DNA from: Harriotta raleighana
Lineage: Eukaryota
Direction: 5' to 3'
DNA: 64,000 nt
NCBI GenBank assembly: GCA_050575255.1
Contig: JBNZDD010013732.1
Coordinates: 10,838,394-10,902,393 of the forward strand
Shown: piece after piece, positions 1 through 12,400 of the stretch
Layout: each line of letters starts with the position of its first letter
Position numbering within the stretch: position 1 is the first letter of the stretch
Program-made: the position numbers and the translations under genes
Notes under the pieces: generated by a model
What the model was told of the DNA's origin: nothing
Databases searched by the model: none
The model's input: only the letters and a program-made list of their open reading frames with translations

Positions 1-269
1 GATATATAATAACAAACTGAATTATAAGAGAACACACGAACCAAAGCAAGAGAATAGTCAGCATCTCAAGGACAGCCATGAAATGCACTGGGTGGTTAAC
101 TTGTTAATCCCATTAGCATTGCAAATACTACCACTATTACTGCTACAACTATTACTACGACTAGTGTTCTTACTACTATCGATAGTGATAGTAATAAAAG
201 CATATTTTAAACAGAAACACAGGGCCGGGTGGGGGGTGGGGGGGGAGAAGTGGGAAGGGTTTCACTTAC

Positions 270-521
270 CCGAACCCCTCCTATGAAGGCAATGATGAGC
301 GGCAGCTGCGAAGAAGCCCACCTGAAAGCTTGCCCAGTGGGTGAAGCCAGGCTCAGCCTGAGCAGCTCTCTCTCTCTCTCTCTCTCCCTCCCTCTCTCTC
401 TGCCACCCTCACTCTCTCAGCATCCTCCCCTGACTGCCCGGCAGCCGCGTCAATCAAGCGAGAGGCGTGTAGCTGGTTGCGCTGCGGACACTGACGCCCC
501 ACGGCTGCTGCAGTGAAAGAT

Positions 522-556
<35 letters not shown>

Positions 557-600
557 AGACACACACCCACACAGGCGAGCCAGCAAGCCAGACAGATGTC
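270..600 (-). other. Candidate 5' non-coding exon or promoter region of the next minus-strand gene
   Basis: Strong donor G|GTAAGTG at 269, local CpG enrichment, GA/GT microsatellites; no credible CDS; 5' boundary uncertain. Confidence 0.35.
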
Positions 601-890
601 TGCAATCAGGGTCAGCGCTCAGAGAGAGAGGGGGGGAGAGAGAGCACTGCAGTGATTACAGCAATATTGCAGAGCTGGGAGTATATATTTTTTTTAATTA
701 AAAATTAATTTGTCTTCTACCCCAGCAACCCACCCCAGCAATCAATCAGTCAGTTAGTCAGTCAGTGAACAGTGCGTCAAAATGCCAGAGGCTGCACTCA
801 CTAAAGGAACACAAAGCCAAACACAGCAGTGAACTGGTTGGAGGAGTATCTCTCTCCTCACTATTTGGCTTTTTTCTTCTGTAAAAAAAT

Positions 891-978
891 CTCTCTCTCT
901 CTCTGTCTCTCTTTCTCTCTATCTGTGTGTGTCTCTCTCTCTGTGTGTCTCTCTCTCTTTCTCTCTCTCTGTGTGTCT
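891..978. repeat. (CT)n/(GT)n microsatellite
   Basis: Visible dinucleotide repeat; similar tracts at 365-400 and 522-555. Confidence 0.9.
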
Positions 979-1028
979 NCAGTGAACTGGTTGGAGGAGT
1001 ATCTCTCTCCTCACTATTTGGCTTTTTT

Positions 1029-1280
1029 NNNNNNNNNNNNNNNNNNNNNNNNNNNNNNNNNNNNNNNNNNNNNNNNNNNNNNNNNNNNNNNNNNNNNNNN
1101 NNNNNNNNNNNNNNNNNNNNNNNNNNNNNNNNNNNNNNNNNNNNNNNNNNNNNNNNNNNNNNNNNNNNNNNNNNNNNNNNNNNNNNNNNNNNNNNNNNNN
1201 NNNNNNNNNNNNNNNNNNNNNNNNNNNNNNNNNNNNNNNNNNNNNNNNNNNNNNNNNNNNNNNNNNNNNNNNNNNNNNNN
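1029..1280. other. Assembly gap (N run)
   Basis: Ns in the sequence. Confidence 1.
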
Positions 1281-1564
1281 CATTTCCACTCCCCCCCCCC
1301 CNCCCCAACTCCCCTCCACGACCATCGTCGTAAAATGCAGGCAAACCAGAAATCTGCAGACAACACAACCCAGATTCTGTACACTGCACCTGGATTGCGT
1401 CATAGGTTTAGACACTGCAGAGCATCTGCAGCCACCCAACTCCATGCATTCATCTCACCCAGGTACAGGTTAGAGGGAGGGAGGGGTTCACAATGCTTTG
1501 GAGGGTGGCAGGGTTCAAATACAAACCCCCATCCATCTGCACTCATCAAGCAACACTGTGCAAA

Positions 1565-1900
1565 GAATAATAATAATAATAATAATCCTTGCATTTGATA
1601 TAGCGCTTTGCACATTTTATCAACGTCCCAAAGCGCTTCACAGAATATACTGTAAAGTGAACTGACTGTATATTTGTGGGCGGAACGCGGCAGCCAATTG
1701 CGCACAGCAGTGTCCCACAAACAGTCATGGATTGAAATGACCAATTTTATTATTGTGGTTTTTTTGGAGGGATTATTATTAGGCATGTGGAGTAAGGAAA
1801 CTTGCCCAAGGTTTGGCCCTGATCTGCCTGGATTCGAACACAGGTCTCATGCTTGTAAGGCATGTAAGGCGAGTGCTCTAACCACTGAGCCACAGGAGCT
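1565..1900 (-). mobile_element. Full-length tRNA-derived SINE with L2-like 3' tail and (TAT)n end
   Basis: Minus strand reads TGGCTCAGTGG (A box) and GTTCGAATCC (B box), then the tail aagcgctttggga...gcgctatatcaaatgcaagg; several related copies in the window. Confidence 0.85.
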
Positions 1901-2859
1901 CCACAAACAAGAACAACAACAACAACAAAATGACACTTGTAGGGTACAGTGGCTTTCAAGTCAGGAGCACATTCCAAGGAGCCAGCATCTCAGAGAGAAA
2001 TGCTTTTTCGTTTAAGAGGAGGTAAGTCCAAACTGACAGGCAGTGACTGGATGGGCTCCTGTGTTTGGTTACCTGCCGGGCGGTGGGGATGGTTACACAC
2101 TGAGATCGGTAGCGGCGTTTCTATCATGTGTAATGTTAGAGGCAGTGTTTGCCTCTCCACTGCACTAGGGGATGGGGCAAAGAATCAGCACAGCGGAGGG
2201 TGAGAATACGTTTATACAATGTACATTTATTTTGTGCCTTTCGCGGACTAAGGATGTCTGAAAGTGTTTCAGACGCAAAGGTCTGAGGTACTCTGGCCAT
2301 CCATCACCATTGACTCACCTGCAGGTTCCCAAATCTACAAGTGGGGCAAGCGTGTGCGAAGTTAAAATCAGACAGGCTGAAGCAATGGAAATTCATTCAG
2401 AAGCAGTCACCAATGCCATAATGGACTGACAAACATTTGTAATCGTAGCTGCGCGTTGCAGAGAACCGCCATTCCCCAAATTCATAACTCACCAAAGGCA
2501 TCGGCGTCTTCATCCGCGGGAGAAAGGAAACCCGTTCAGAACAAAAGAATATCATCAGAGGAACACACGGGCAACCTGAAGGTGCTGCCATGGCAACATG
2601 TTGCCAGCTTTACAAGGCAGACACTGGTCCAGGCACATGGTTACGGGTGTGTCGGTGTTGGTGGATCGTGAGGATCTCATTCTCGCTCCCCTCAGTGCTC
2701 TGATTCTTTTGCCTCCCCATCCCCAGTGAGGCAAACACCATCTTCTGCATGATAGTTTACCCACAAAACATTAGGTGGTATATAACAGCAAAACAAGAAC
2801 AAAATTACACTTGTATAGCTCCTTTCACGTCGAGAGGACATCCCAAAGCGCTGAGTATG

Positions 2860-3090
2860 TAAGCAAGTTTCCTTACCCCACACGCCTAATAATCGTTCCC
2901 AAAAAAAACCCACAATAATAAATTGGGGCATTTCAATCCACGATTGTTTGTGGGACACTGCTGTGCGCAATTGGCTGCCGTGTTTCTCCCACAAATATAG
3001 TCAATTCACTTTACAGTATATTCTGTGAAGCGCTGCGAGACGTCGATAAGATGTGAAAAAGCGCTATATCAAATGCAAGGATTATTATTT
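2860..3090 (+). mobile_element. Same SINE family, 5'-truncated, opposite orientation
   Basis: Reverse complement of about 1565-1810 (ctgtgcgcaattggctgccg...aaatgcaaggattattatt). Confidence 0.85.
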
Positions 3091-4234
3091 TAGTATTATT
3101 TCCTGCGAACCGCTTTGAGATGCCCTTCCTTCCATGTACCCCTATGACAAATGCAATTCCAAATTTGAGGATTATTATTACCGGTATTGTCCATCAGAAC
3201 CATTGAAATGACAAACATTTGTTTTTTGGTGAACCAGATGGTTTCAGGCTCTATATTTTTATGTCCTTCTGAAAGGCACCAAATTGCTTCACATCACCCT
3301 CCCTCCTCGGGCTTTCATCTGAGGCCCAGATGTGGAGAGGAGGATGTGAAGCAAGCTGGTGCGTTTAAGGATATTAAAATAAAAGCTTTCATCCACATGC
3401 TCTGGAACTTTTATCCTTTGACTCATTCCTTCCCTCACCTCCTTCAAGCTGTGCCTCAATACCTACTTTGACCACACTTTTGGCCATTTCATCCCTCTCA
3501 TATACTGAATATATCTCAGCTACATATCAGTGTAGCTCATATGCCAACAGATGGATCTTGTCCGTGTTGAAAACCAAACCTGAACAAGGGAATGAGAGAC
3601 AAAATGTTCCTGACCCGACTTTACACTAACCATTACTGAACAGAGGATAAGTGACAGGAGCTATATAAATGCAAGTTGTTGTTGTTATTGAATAAATTGT
3701 GCAGTATTGATATTTGCTAAATGAATCCATCGAAATTCAGATCGTCCTAACTTAAATGTGTAAAAATTGTTTTCATCCAATCTGCTCAACTGTCTGTCAA
3801 TGAATTTTCCATTGGGATAGCTTCATAATATAATAATATATTATGCCATAATCAGCAGCTGCGATGGGCTGGCAGTTTGAGCAATCTCAATTCTCACAGG
3901 AAATGATCACTGATGTAACAAGTTGAAGATGAAGAACACATCATCAAGTGGGCTGGGGTACTGATCGCTGGCCTGGTATATTTGGTTGTCAAGTGCACAG
4001 TAACTAAAATCGACAGGAATTACCTGTGTAGGAATTTTAAGTTCATGGACGTATCAGTGCCTGATTTCTTCAATGACTTGAAAATATTGTATTTTTTTCT
4101 TTCTCCTGGTTTTGAGTCTCCAGTTTGCCTGTGGGAAAGGTGAACCAATGGGAGGAGGTAGGGGGGTAGGAGAGAGAAAGGTGATTTCTATTTGATCATC
4201 TCTCAGGTATGGAATAAAACATTGATAAATGCAA

Positions 4235-6218
4235 TGGTGAAAGTCTAAAGCACATTTATTTCCAACTTGTTTGCTTCCTATACAAAATCAGTAAGCTCCT
4301 AATTGGTGATACAGAACAGTGAGGTACAGCAGAAATCCTCTGGTTTGACTATATACCCTCTCATGCAAAGAGAAATTGTACATCTCAATCACCAGAGTTC
4401 GAAATTAACTTTAGACTGCTTGATGAGCCTGTTAGTCAATCTTAAAAAATGCATTAGCAAGTTTGAGCTATTGACAATAACAGCACAGAGCCTGTTTTTT
4501 ATTTAAGCTTTTTTTTAAAAACGTTTGGCATGGTCCTCCCACGTAAGCAAATTACTGAACGATGTGAAAAATTATGCAGTTCCAAAATTGACTCACTGGA
4601 TTTCCTATTATGGATGAGTTCCCAAAGGCAATTTCTCATCCCGCAACTCAGCATTGCTTTTTTAAAAAAAAAGAATTTGCAAATAGATGTTAATTTCGAA
4701 CACTGTATAAAAATAGCTTCTCGCACACGACAAGCTGTTATTTCAGGAGTACACCATAATATTCAAAGTGAGTTGTTGAGATGTGAAAGCTGGTCAAAAA
4801 CAGATCACTAAAATGCTCCCAGGCAGTGAGCATACGGATTTACAAATCTGCAGCGGAACAGTGAAGAAAACTGTCAAAGTCAATACCATGCACTCCATTG
4901 GCTAAATATCACTTCATACACAATACAAGTTGAGCTGCATTGCAACAATCTAGAAGCCTGTGGCATCTGCAACAAGTTAAAGTATATTTACAAAATACAA
5001 CATAATATCTACAAATAACAAAAAAGCTTAAACTTGATGCAAGTTATGAAGAATAGCAAAACAAAAAATTAAAAATAATTATCCTCAAAACATTTCAACC
5101 TTACGGTTGTAACTCTTAGATTTTTTTTTTCGCCGGTCAGTTTAGAAACTGTCACAATGCAAAGGTTTCAAAGAGATCAGTCAAAATTATAGCTTTGCTC
5201 GTTTCATGCCAAAATAATTGAAAAGAGGCCACTCCTCTGAAAATTTCCCCCCACCCTCACTCCCAACCCTTTAAAAATTTGGATCTTAAAACACTGAAAA
5301 TAATAGCATTACAAATTGCAGAAGCTAGATTAAGTGTCATACATAGTGCTGTGTGTTAAAATGCTTGTGGTTTGTCAATAGATTAATTTACAAAAGGTGT
5401 GTAAGGCCTTAAAAGGTTTGTGTGCTCATACTCATACTGTTGGTGTGCGATTTTGCCTAATAGTGCGTTTGAGGAGAACTCCCTGTTCTTCAGCAACACG
5501 TATTTGTTTATTAATAACTAAATAAAATATTCCTTCTTTGTTTTGAAAGATGGGGAACTACAAAGTACTCTACAAACAGGGGCTCGGTTGGCAGACCATC
5601 TCCAGTCACTGGAAGCCTTCACTGCAATTGGATACAACCAGCACCTTGTTGTCTTGCAAAAAAAGACATGAATGGCAGCTATACATCCAAAAAGGTGATT
5701 ACCATCTTCACAACAATGTCCAAGACATTGATGGTCTATATAATACCAAGAGAACACTGACGACAAAACATCTCATTTTCAGATACTGTACTGTGCACTT
5801 TATAAACAGATATAATACATACCACTGTCATCACAGCATACACGGATCTATCTCAGGTGCAGTGAGATTCATGTTCTTCTCATGCACTAGGTTAGCTCAA
5901 ACCAATAGGAGACAAAAATGAACTCAACATATCACAGTACTACCGAAATGCCAACTCCAACTCTATATACAGAAGAAAACAATTTATGTTCAAATTAGTT
6001 ACAATAATTCACAATCTCTCTCTCGCTTTAGTTGCACACTTGAAAACCCACAATTTTCACTGTTTTGTATACACTCAGGACATTTAGGCACTACCTTTCC
6101 ATCATGTGTTTTGTTTAAAAACGTGCACGTAATGACAAGTCTGGAGATAAGTGTAAATAGATAACTCTGCATGATTGATGTTACACGTAGTCGTCTTAAG
6201 AATGTCAAGTTCCATTGT
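4235..6218 (-). other. NRCAM: NRCAM 3'UTR (about 2 kb)
   Basis: AT-rich stretch after the stop with no recognisable repeats, ending near an AATAAA; 3' end inferred. Confidence 0.55.
4255..4260 (-). terminator. Putative polyadenylation signal AATAAA
   Basis: tttatt on the plus strand with U-rich sequence downstream on the minus strand; an alternative AATAAA lies at 4498-4503. Confidence 0.5.
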
Positions 6219-6453
6219 TTAGACAAAGGAGTTCATGGCATTGACGGGAGATGGAGCTTCTGAGCTTTCGTTCCCTTCTACCACTTCTTTCTCCTTCTTT
6301 CCACTGTACTGTCCAATAAAAGAGCCGTCCTCATTGAACTGTCCTTCCCCACCTTCACCGTAGTCAACTAAACTATCATCACTCTCTCCCTTCTTCACAG
6401 TGCCATCTGAGGATGTCCTACTGCCTTTGAGTGGTTTATGGTCCTCTGTGTCG
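6219..6453 (-). CDS. NRCAM: NRCAM last coding exon [12 protein letters not shown]...SDDSLVDYG...[11 protein letters not shown]...AMNSFV*
   Basis: ttctttccag acceptor; FIGQY ankyrin-binding motif; class I PDZ ligand SFV; TAA at 6219-6221. Confidence 0.97.
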
Positions 6454-9400
6454 CTGGAAAGAAAGGCAGCATTTAATAAGGTATATCTTTTAAAGATGTA
6501 AAGCAATCAACAACTACCATCAGACATATGTATAACCAAAATTGACTCATTGGATGAACTTGGGGAGCCAGTCTAATAAGGCATTCTTCATTTCATTCCA
6601 GGAAGGCAGTTGTGAGGGGATGTGAAGTGGTGGTGGTGGTGGTGGTGGTGGGGGGTGGGAGTTGCCAAACGGCTCCTGAAGTGTAAGATTTTATACTCTG
6701 TTGAAATAATTATCGGAGGGACTGCATTTCTAATTCAAAACGTTTCATGTTTGAAAAGAAACAGAAATGAAAGTAACCAGTGGATGGAGCCATTCCATGT
6801 CAAATCAAGGAAAGGATGGTGCGTGTATTCATCACAAACGTACATCTTTGGAATATCATTTTCCAGCTTAGTCCAACACCTGTGCAATTAGTATTGCTTC
6901 CTGGCCACTTTTCATTCCAATGATTTTCAGATTCCTGAAAGGTTTGATCATGTGCGCTTCAGTACTTTAATGGGCTCTCAGAACCACTAATAATAATAAT
7001 ACTTGCATTTGATATAGCGCTTTTCATGTTTTCTAGACTCTCAAAGGGATTCACAGAATATACTGGAAAGTGAATTGACTATATTTTGTGGGCAAAACAC
7101 GGCAGCCAATTGCACACAGCAGTGTCCTACACACAGTCGAGGACTGAAATGACCTTAACCAATAGAGTCAATGGAGAAATGGAAACATCCCAATAAGACT
7201 GTCAGTCAGCAAATGTAAGGATGCATTTCAGATCTTTGTGCTGGAAAAGGATAATATTAATTGAATATTAGTCAGGAGTTTCAGGAATCAGGCAGTGTGG
7301 TAAACTGGAAGCACAGAATGGGTGATGCTTTGAAATAAAACATTCTGGATCAAGCTCATTCTTGTTACATAAAACATTAAGCAAATCCAGTAGAATTTTA
7401 AGACTTTTTGTGTTAGTGGAGTGCATGCCTGGGATTCAGTCACTGTCTTACCTTTCCAGAGACCTACATTTTCCATTAAAGAATGCGATGGAAACAAATG
7501 AATATAGTCTGAGAAGAAACAGCAAAGTCTGCTTGCTGTCATGTGGGCATTTCTCTGACAATCAGCATATCCAATAATGTAGTCTATATTCTTTGTTTAA
7601 TAGGAGAGTGCTATTAGACTGATGGTGAGACACCATAAGCCTATAATAATAATAATACTGTAATAATAATCTTTGCATTTGATATCGCATCTTATCACGC
7701 CTCAAAGCACTTCAAATATACTGTAAGGTGAATTGACTATATTTTGCGGGTGAAACTATATTTTGGGGGGGGTAATTATTTACATAACTATTTCTATTTT
7801 GCAAATTGTGCACAGCAGAGTCCAACAAACAGTCGTAGATTGAGTGACCTAATTATTTTAAATTTTTTTCACAGAGATTATTATCCCTGGAAAAGCATTC
7901 CATCAATCAACTAAAATTGGGTCCCTTACTTACTGCTAAGTAAACAGAGGCATATGGAGTAAGGAAACTTGCCTAAGGTGTCGCTCTGCCCATAAATCGA
8001 ACCAGGCCAGCTCACTTGTCAGCTGACGTGCTCTAACCAAACTAAGCTACAGGACTCCACTGTTGCAGTGAAAGGAAAAAGAAATCAGAGCATCCCAAGC
8101 TCCAAACATGTGGACAACATGGCCTTCATTAGAATCATAGACATATCTAGCGCAGAAGGAGTCTATTTGGCCCATCAGCATCTATAAAATCAAAGGTAAC
8201 ATTCATCAGAACATATATCAGGCCATCCTCTCCACCAGCAGAAGAACCAAGAATCCCTCAGTTTTCTTTCAGACTCAGGCTCTTCTGCATTTGTAAGAGG
8301 AACAGTGTTGTCCAAGTGTGCTGAGCAACAGGTTGAGAGCAAACATCAAAGACTGCAAATATGTCAGACAAAGGCAGAAACAATGCTCCCTCCCCTCAAG
8401 CAACTTGCTCTACATTTACATTTACACCATAGGGAATTACACAACTACCTGCCAGTGTAATTTTGCACACAATATGTTTCACTAGAAGTCAGTGCGGAAT
8501 ATTTTGTAAGGTGGCCAAACTGCCTCATACCGCCCGTTCCAAACCCTCTTCCCAACATACCCCATTGCCTCCGGAGGACACATGGGCAGGAAATATGATT
8601 CACAAATAAATATTAAAATGTGCTATGTAAATTTTTAAATAAGTGTTTATGCCTCCATATCTTTCAGAAGAGACTACAATAGTTATATGCTGTGCTTAAA
8701 TTGTAAAGAATAAATGTATAATTTTTCATTTTTATTTTTTGTTTGCAAATTGTTTTTGTTGTGCAAAATTTCCTGGGAGGGTTAATTATTTACATAACTA
8801 TTTCTATTTTTACATTTTTAATACTATTTGACTAGCGCTCAATTTCCCTCTGAACATCAAAATAGCTGAATTGAAAGTAGCATTCATACCAACACTGCCT
8901 ATCATGCTAACATTTACAGCTGCTTAGTGATGCTCACTCAGCCTTCTCTCCCTGTTCAGCACCTGATGTGAACTCAAGTTACAAAACGAACATGGAATAC
9001 TCGTATTCATTCACAACATCAGGTCACAACATCAAATTGTAGAGGTTATGTCAAAAAAAGGTTGATTGACACACTTTGCAACATCCTAGGTTTCTCAGTT
9101 GGCTGAGCAGCAGACTCAAGAGCACGAGATTTGAACCCTAACATGAACCTGATATAATAATACAGCAAACCAGCTCTTTGAAGTGGATAAAACAGATTCA
9201 AATAAAACTCCAAAAGGAGGTGGGGGCAAGGATAAGGGGTTGTATTGACTGTGTTTGCAAATGATTCTTTTTGAGAGGTAATAGTAAAGACACCTAATTA
9301 ATAGACTGAGACACTTGTGTGCCATTATAGGGCAACAGGGTAATTTCAATGGAGGCCCATTTATTGAACCACGCATCTAACATGATGATTTGCAACCAAG

Positions 9401-12400
9401 CCCAACAGAAAAGTCCGTGAAAATATAGATTTTATCAATACAAATTATTATTCACAATTTTAAAAATGAATAATAGGCACGGTGATCAGCTCCTGCTACA
9501 GTCTTCTAATCAGCTTTTCTCATTTCCTCAGCAGAATTTGACTGAGACTGTTATTTTAATCTTATCCTAGATATTGGCTGCACAGCCACAACAATAATAA
9601 CTTGGATTTATAAATGCCCTCAATGCAAGACGGCATCTCAGAGCGCTTCACAAAGCAGAGCCCAGGGCCAAGCCAGGGGGAGGGGGAAAATAGTGACTAA
9701 AAGCGCGGTTGAACAGAAAAGTCTTCATGCGTGACCTGAAAATGGGATAGGAGGGGGGAGAGGCAAAGGGAATGCGGGAGGGAATTCCAGGGTTTTGGGG
9801 AGTAGTGGCTGCAGGCACATTCACCAATGTTAGAACAGAGGATTTGAGGGACAAGGAGTAGAGTGAAGGCAACGGGTACCTTTGTAAGGAGAGAGGAGGT
9901 TAGAGAGGTAGGGGTGTGCAGAGTGGAGGGATTTAAACACAATGAGGATGTTGAATTTGATCCGTTCTGAGACAGGAAGCCAGTGAAGCCAGGGACTGAT
10001 GTAAACGGGGAGCAAAGTTTGGTTCAGGTGAGAATGAGGTTGCAGAATTTTGAATGAGCTGGATTTTGTGAATTGTGGCCATGGGGAGACAGGTGAGGAG
10101 GGCATTGGAGTAGTCCAGTCGAGAGGTGACAAAAGCATGGATCAGGGTTTCAGCAGCTTTAGGGGTGACATATTGGAGAAGGTCAATGTGGCGGAGATGG
10201 AAGAAGGCAGTGCTGGTGAGGGACTAGATGTGGGGGAGAAAGGATAATTAGGGGTCGAACCTGACACCTAGGTAAATTGTAAACCTAGGTAAATTGACAA
10301 CAGTAAATTGCCGGTAACAAGGTTTATCACTCCAACAGGGTCCAGAACAACTTTTGCTACAAGATTTTTCATGTGAACATTTATTAAAAGCTCCAGTGAT
10401 ATAAAGATCAATGTCCAGATTTTGGCAGTGATCTGTGTATTGCAATACACAATCCAAGTTACACTAATGAGTTCCTAATGGAAAAAAAATGACGAAGTAC
10501 AAAGGCAGAGCTATTGTAAGGCAACAGAGCATGGAAATGTGGATGAGAAGAGCACTTAGAAGAAAAAGGGAAAAAAACATTGACATCTGGCCCAACACTT
10601 AATTGATTTCAACAGGGCATTCCTGAAATTGGAGTTTTTTTTAATGCTTTTTTTAAAAAAAAAGTTTAATTTATTTTCTTCCTGTTCCCAGTCTGGCCTT
10701 GGGCATTGGTTGTCCTTCAGTCCTCCTCTCAAGTGACTATTGTTCCTGTGAGAGCCTTGCTATTGAGTGTCAACAGGTCACTTGACTCTAGAGGGCTGCA
10801 CTGCCAAATGTGACCTCTTTCCCCACTTGTGTATAACCTGCAGAGGGCGCTAAGAAGGGATTTGAAGCAGTAAAACTGGATGATTTGAACTCCCCTTAAC
10901 CTGGAGACCAATTTAACCTACCCATACGACCCGAGCTGAGATCAGCAAACTCAGTGCAAATCTTGGCTTGAACCAACTAGTTCCTGGGTATGTAAGCTGC
11001 AGTTCCATTTGCGCAACCATAGGGATTTCCCCCAGGTACCACTGCTCCACCAATTTTGTGAAGATAACAATTGAGGGATGACTATAACAAATCTCTCAAT
11101 GAAAGAAACATTTTTCCTGGCTCCACAAAGAAAGATGTCAAGAACAAATAGAGTCTGAGGGTTCACTGTTCACCTGGTTCTGATTCATGATCTGCAATAT
11201 TTAAATTTGTAAATACATGCAGAGAAATCTGGGTTAGCACAGTCTTTTGATAGTCAGTCTTTCTCACTGCAGCACAATGTAAAGTTTAAATAACGTAAGG
11301 GCCCCAGAAACAATCTTCTCCAAGAGGTTTCTTCCCCCTAGCCCCCCACGCTTTTATTCAAAGAGGTGGAGTTGGTCACACAAGTAAAGAAACTCCTTGA
11401 ATGTTGTTCAAATACTCAACTCATTTGCTGCATCAAGACTGAAACAGAAGAATTCTGCTGGAGGTTGCACCCTCATATGTGATTTAATTTGTGAGTGCTG
11501 CCAAGAAAGAATGTCCCTTTAAGATAATGCAAATGTTTAAGATTTTGACAAGAAACATTTGAGAAATGAAGATGTATTCAAGGATAGAAATTGACTGGAA
11601 ACCAATAGAACTGTCCCCTTGAGGCAGAATTGCATGCAGTACTCAGCCATCCGGAACTGTGCATCCACGTGAAACTCCACAAGACACACCAATTTAAGGC
11701 AGCTTATCCTCGATTCAAATCAGGCCCTAGAGGGCAAACTTACAGCAATCAGACCCAATTACTAGGCCTCACACACATTCAGGTTACGATGATTAACTGC
11801 TTTATTGTGCATAACATGCACATCTCATGGGGCTGCAGTCATTGGGGCAGTAGGTGAAGAGGTTGAGTGTTAGTTGCGAAGAAAATGTTAACTTTGCATG
11901 TATTAGAGCAGACTATTTCATACACACCACAGCATAAAATACGGTGTCTACTCCTAGGCAGGCACAAGTTTCCATTGATGTGTAAAATCAGTTTCACTGA
12001 CCTTCATATGCCACTGGTTTATCTTTTGCTCACTACTTATTTTTATATAAGTGCCACTTCTGCATGCATTGGTTCATAACGCAATCACAGCAGAATTCCT
12101 TCTACCTGGCCTGGGTCCCCAGAGAAGCTGTCTCATGAAACAAAATTAAAAAGACCCAGTTTGATTGCACTCCGAATCTCACAGAGGCAAAGTGTGTGGA
12201 AGCAGGTGAATGTTTGTGCCACTCCATTCCCAGGAAATAGGGTAAAGAATTCTACCTCAATAAATAGCTCAGTAGCTGGGGTGCCGGGGAAGAGAGAGTT
12301 TTAAACCTCAGAATTTTCACAAGAGGATTCATCACTCAGTAGTCCCCAAATTTGGAAGGCAGAGAGGGCAGGAGGGTGGTCAAAGGCACGGTCGAAGGAG

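Noticed and set aside
827-1028. Duplicated ~50-bp block cagtgaactggttggaggag...
   Set aside because: Bounded by an N at 979 and the gap; likely an assembly artefact.
758-1598. Long ORFs spanning 758-1598
   Set aside because: They are open only because of the N gap and microsatellites.
1820-1900. tRNA-like A and B boxes
   Set aside because: They are SINE heads attached to a repeated body and L2-like tail, not tRNA genes.
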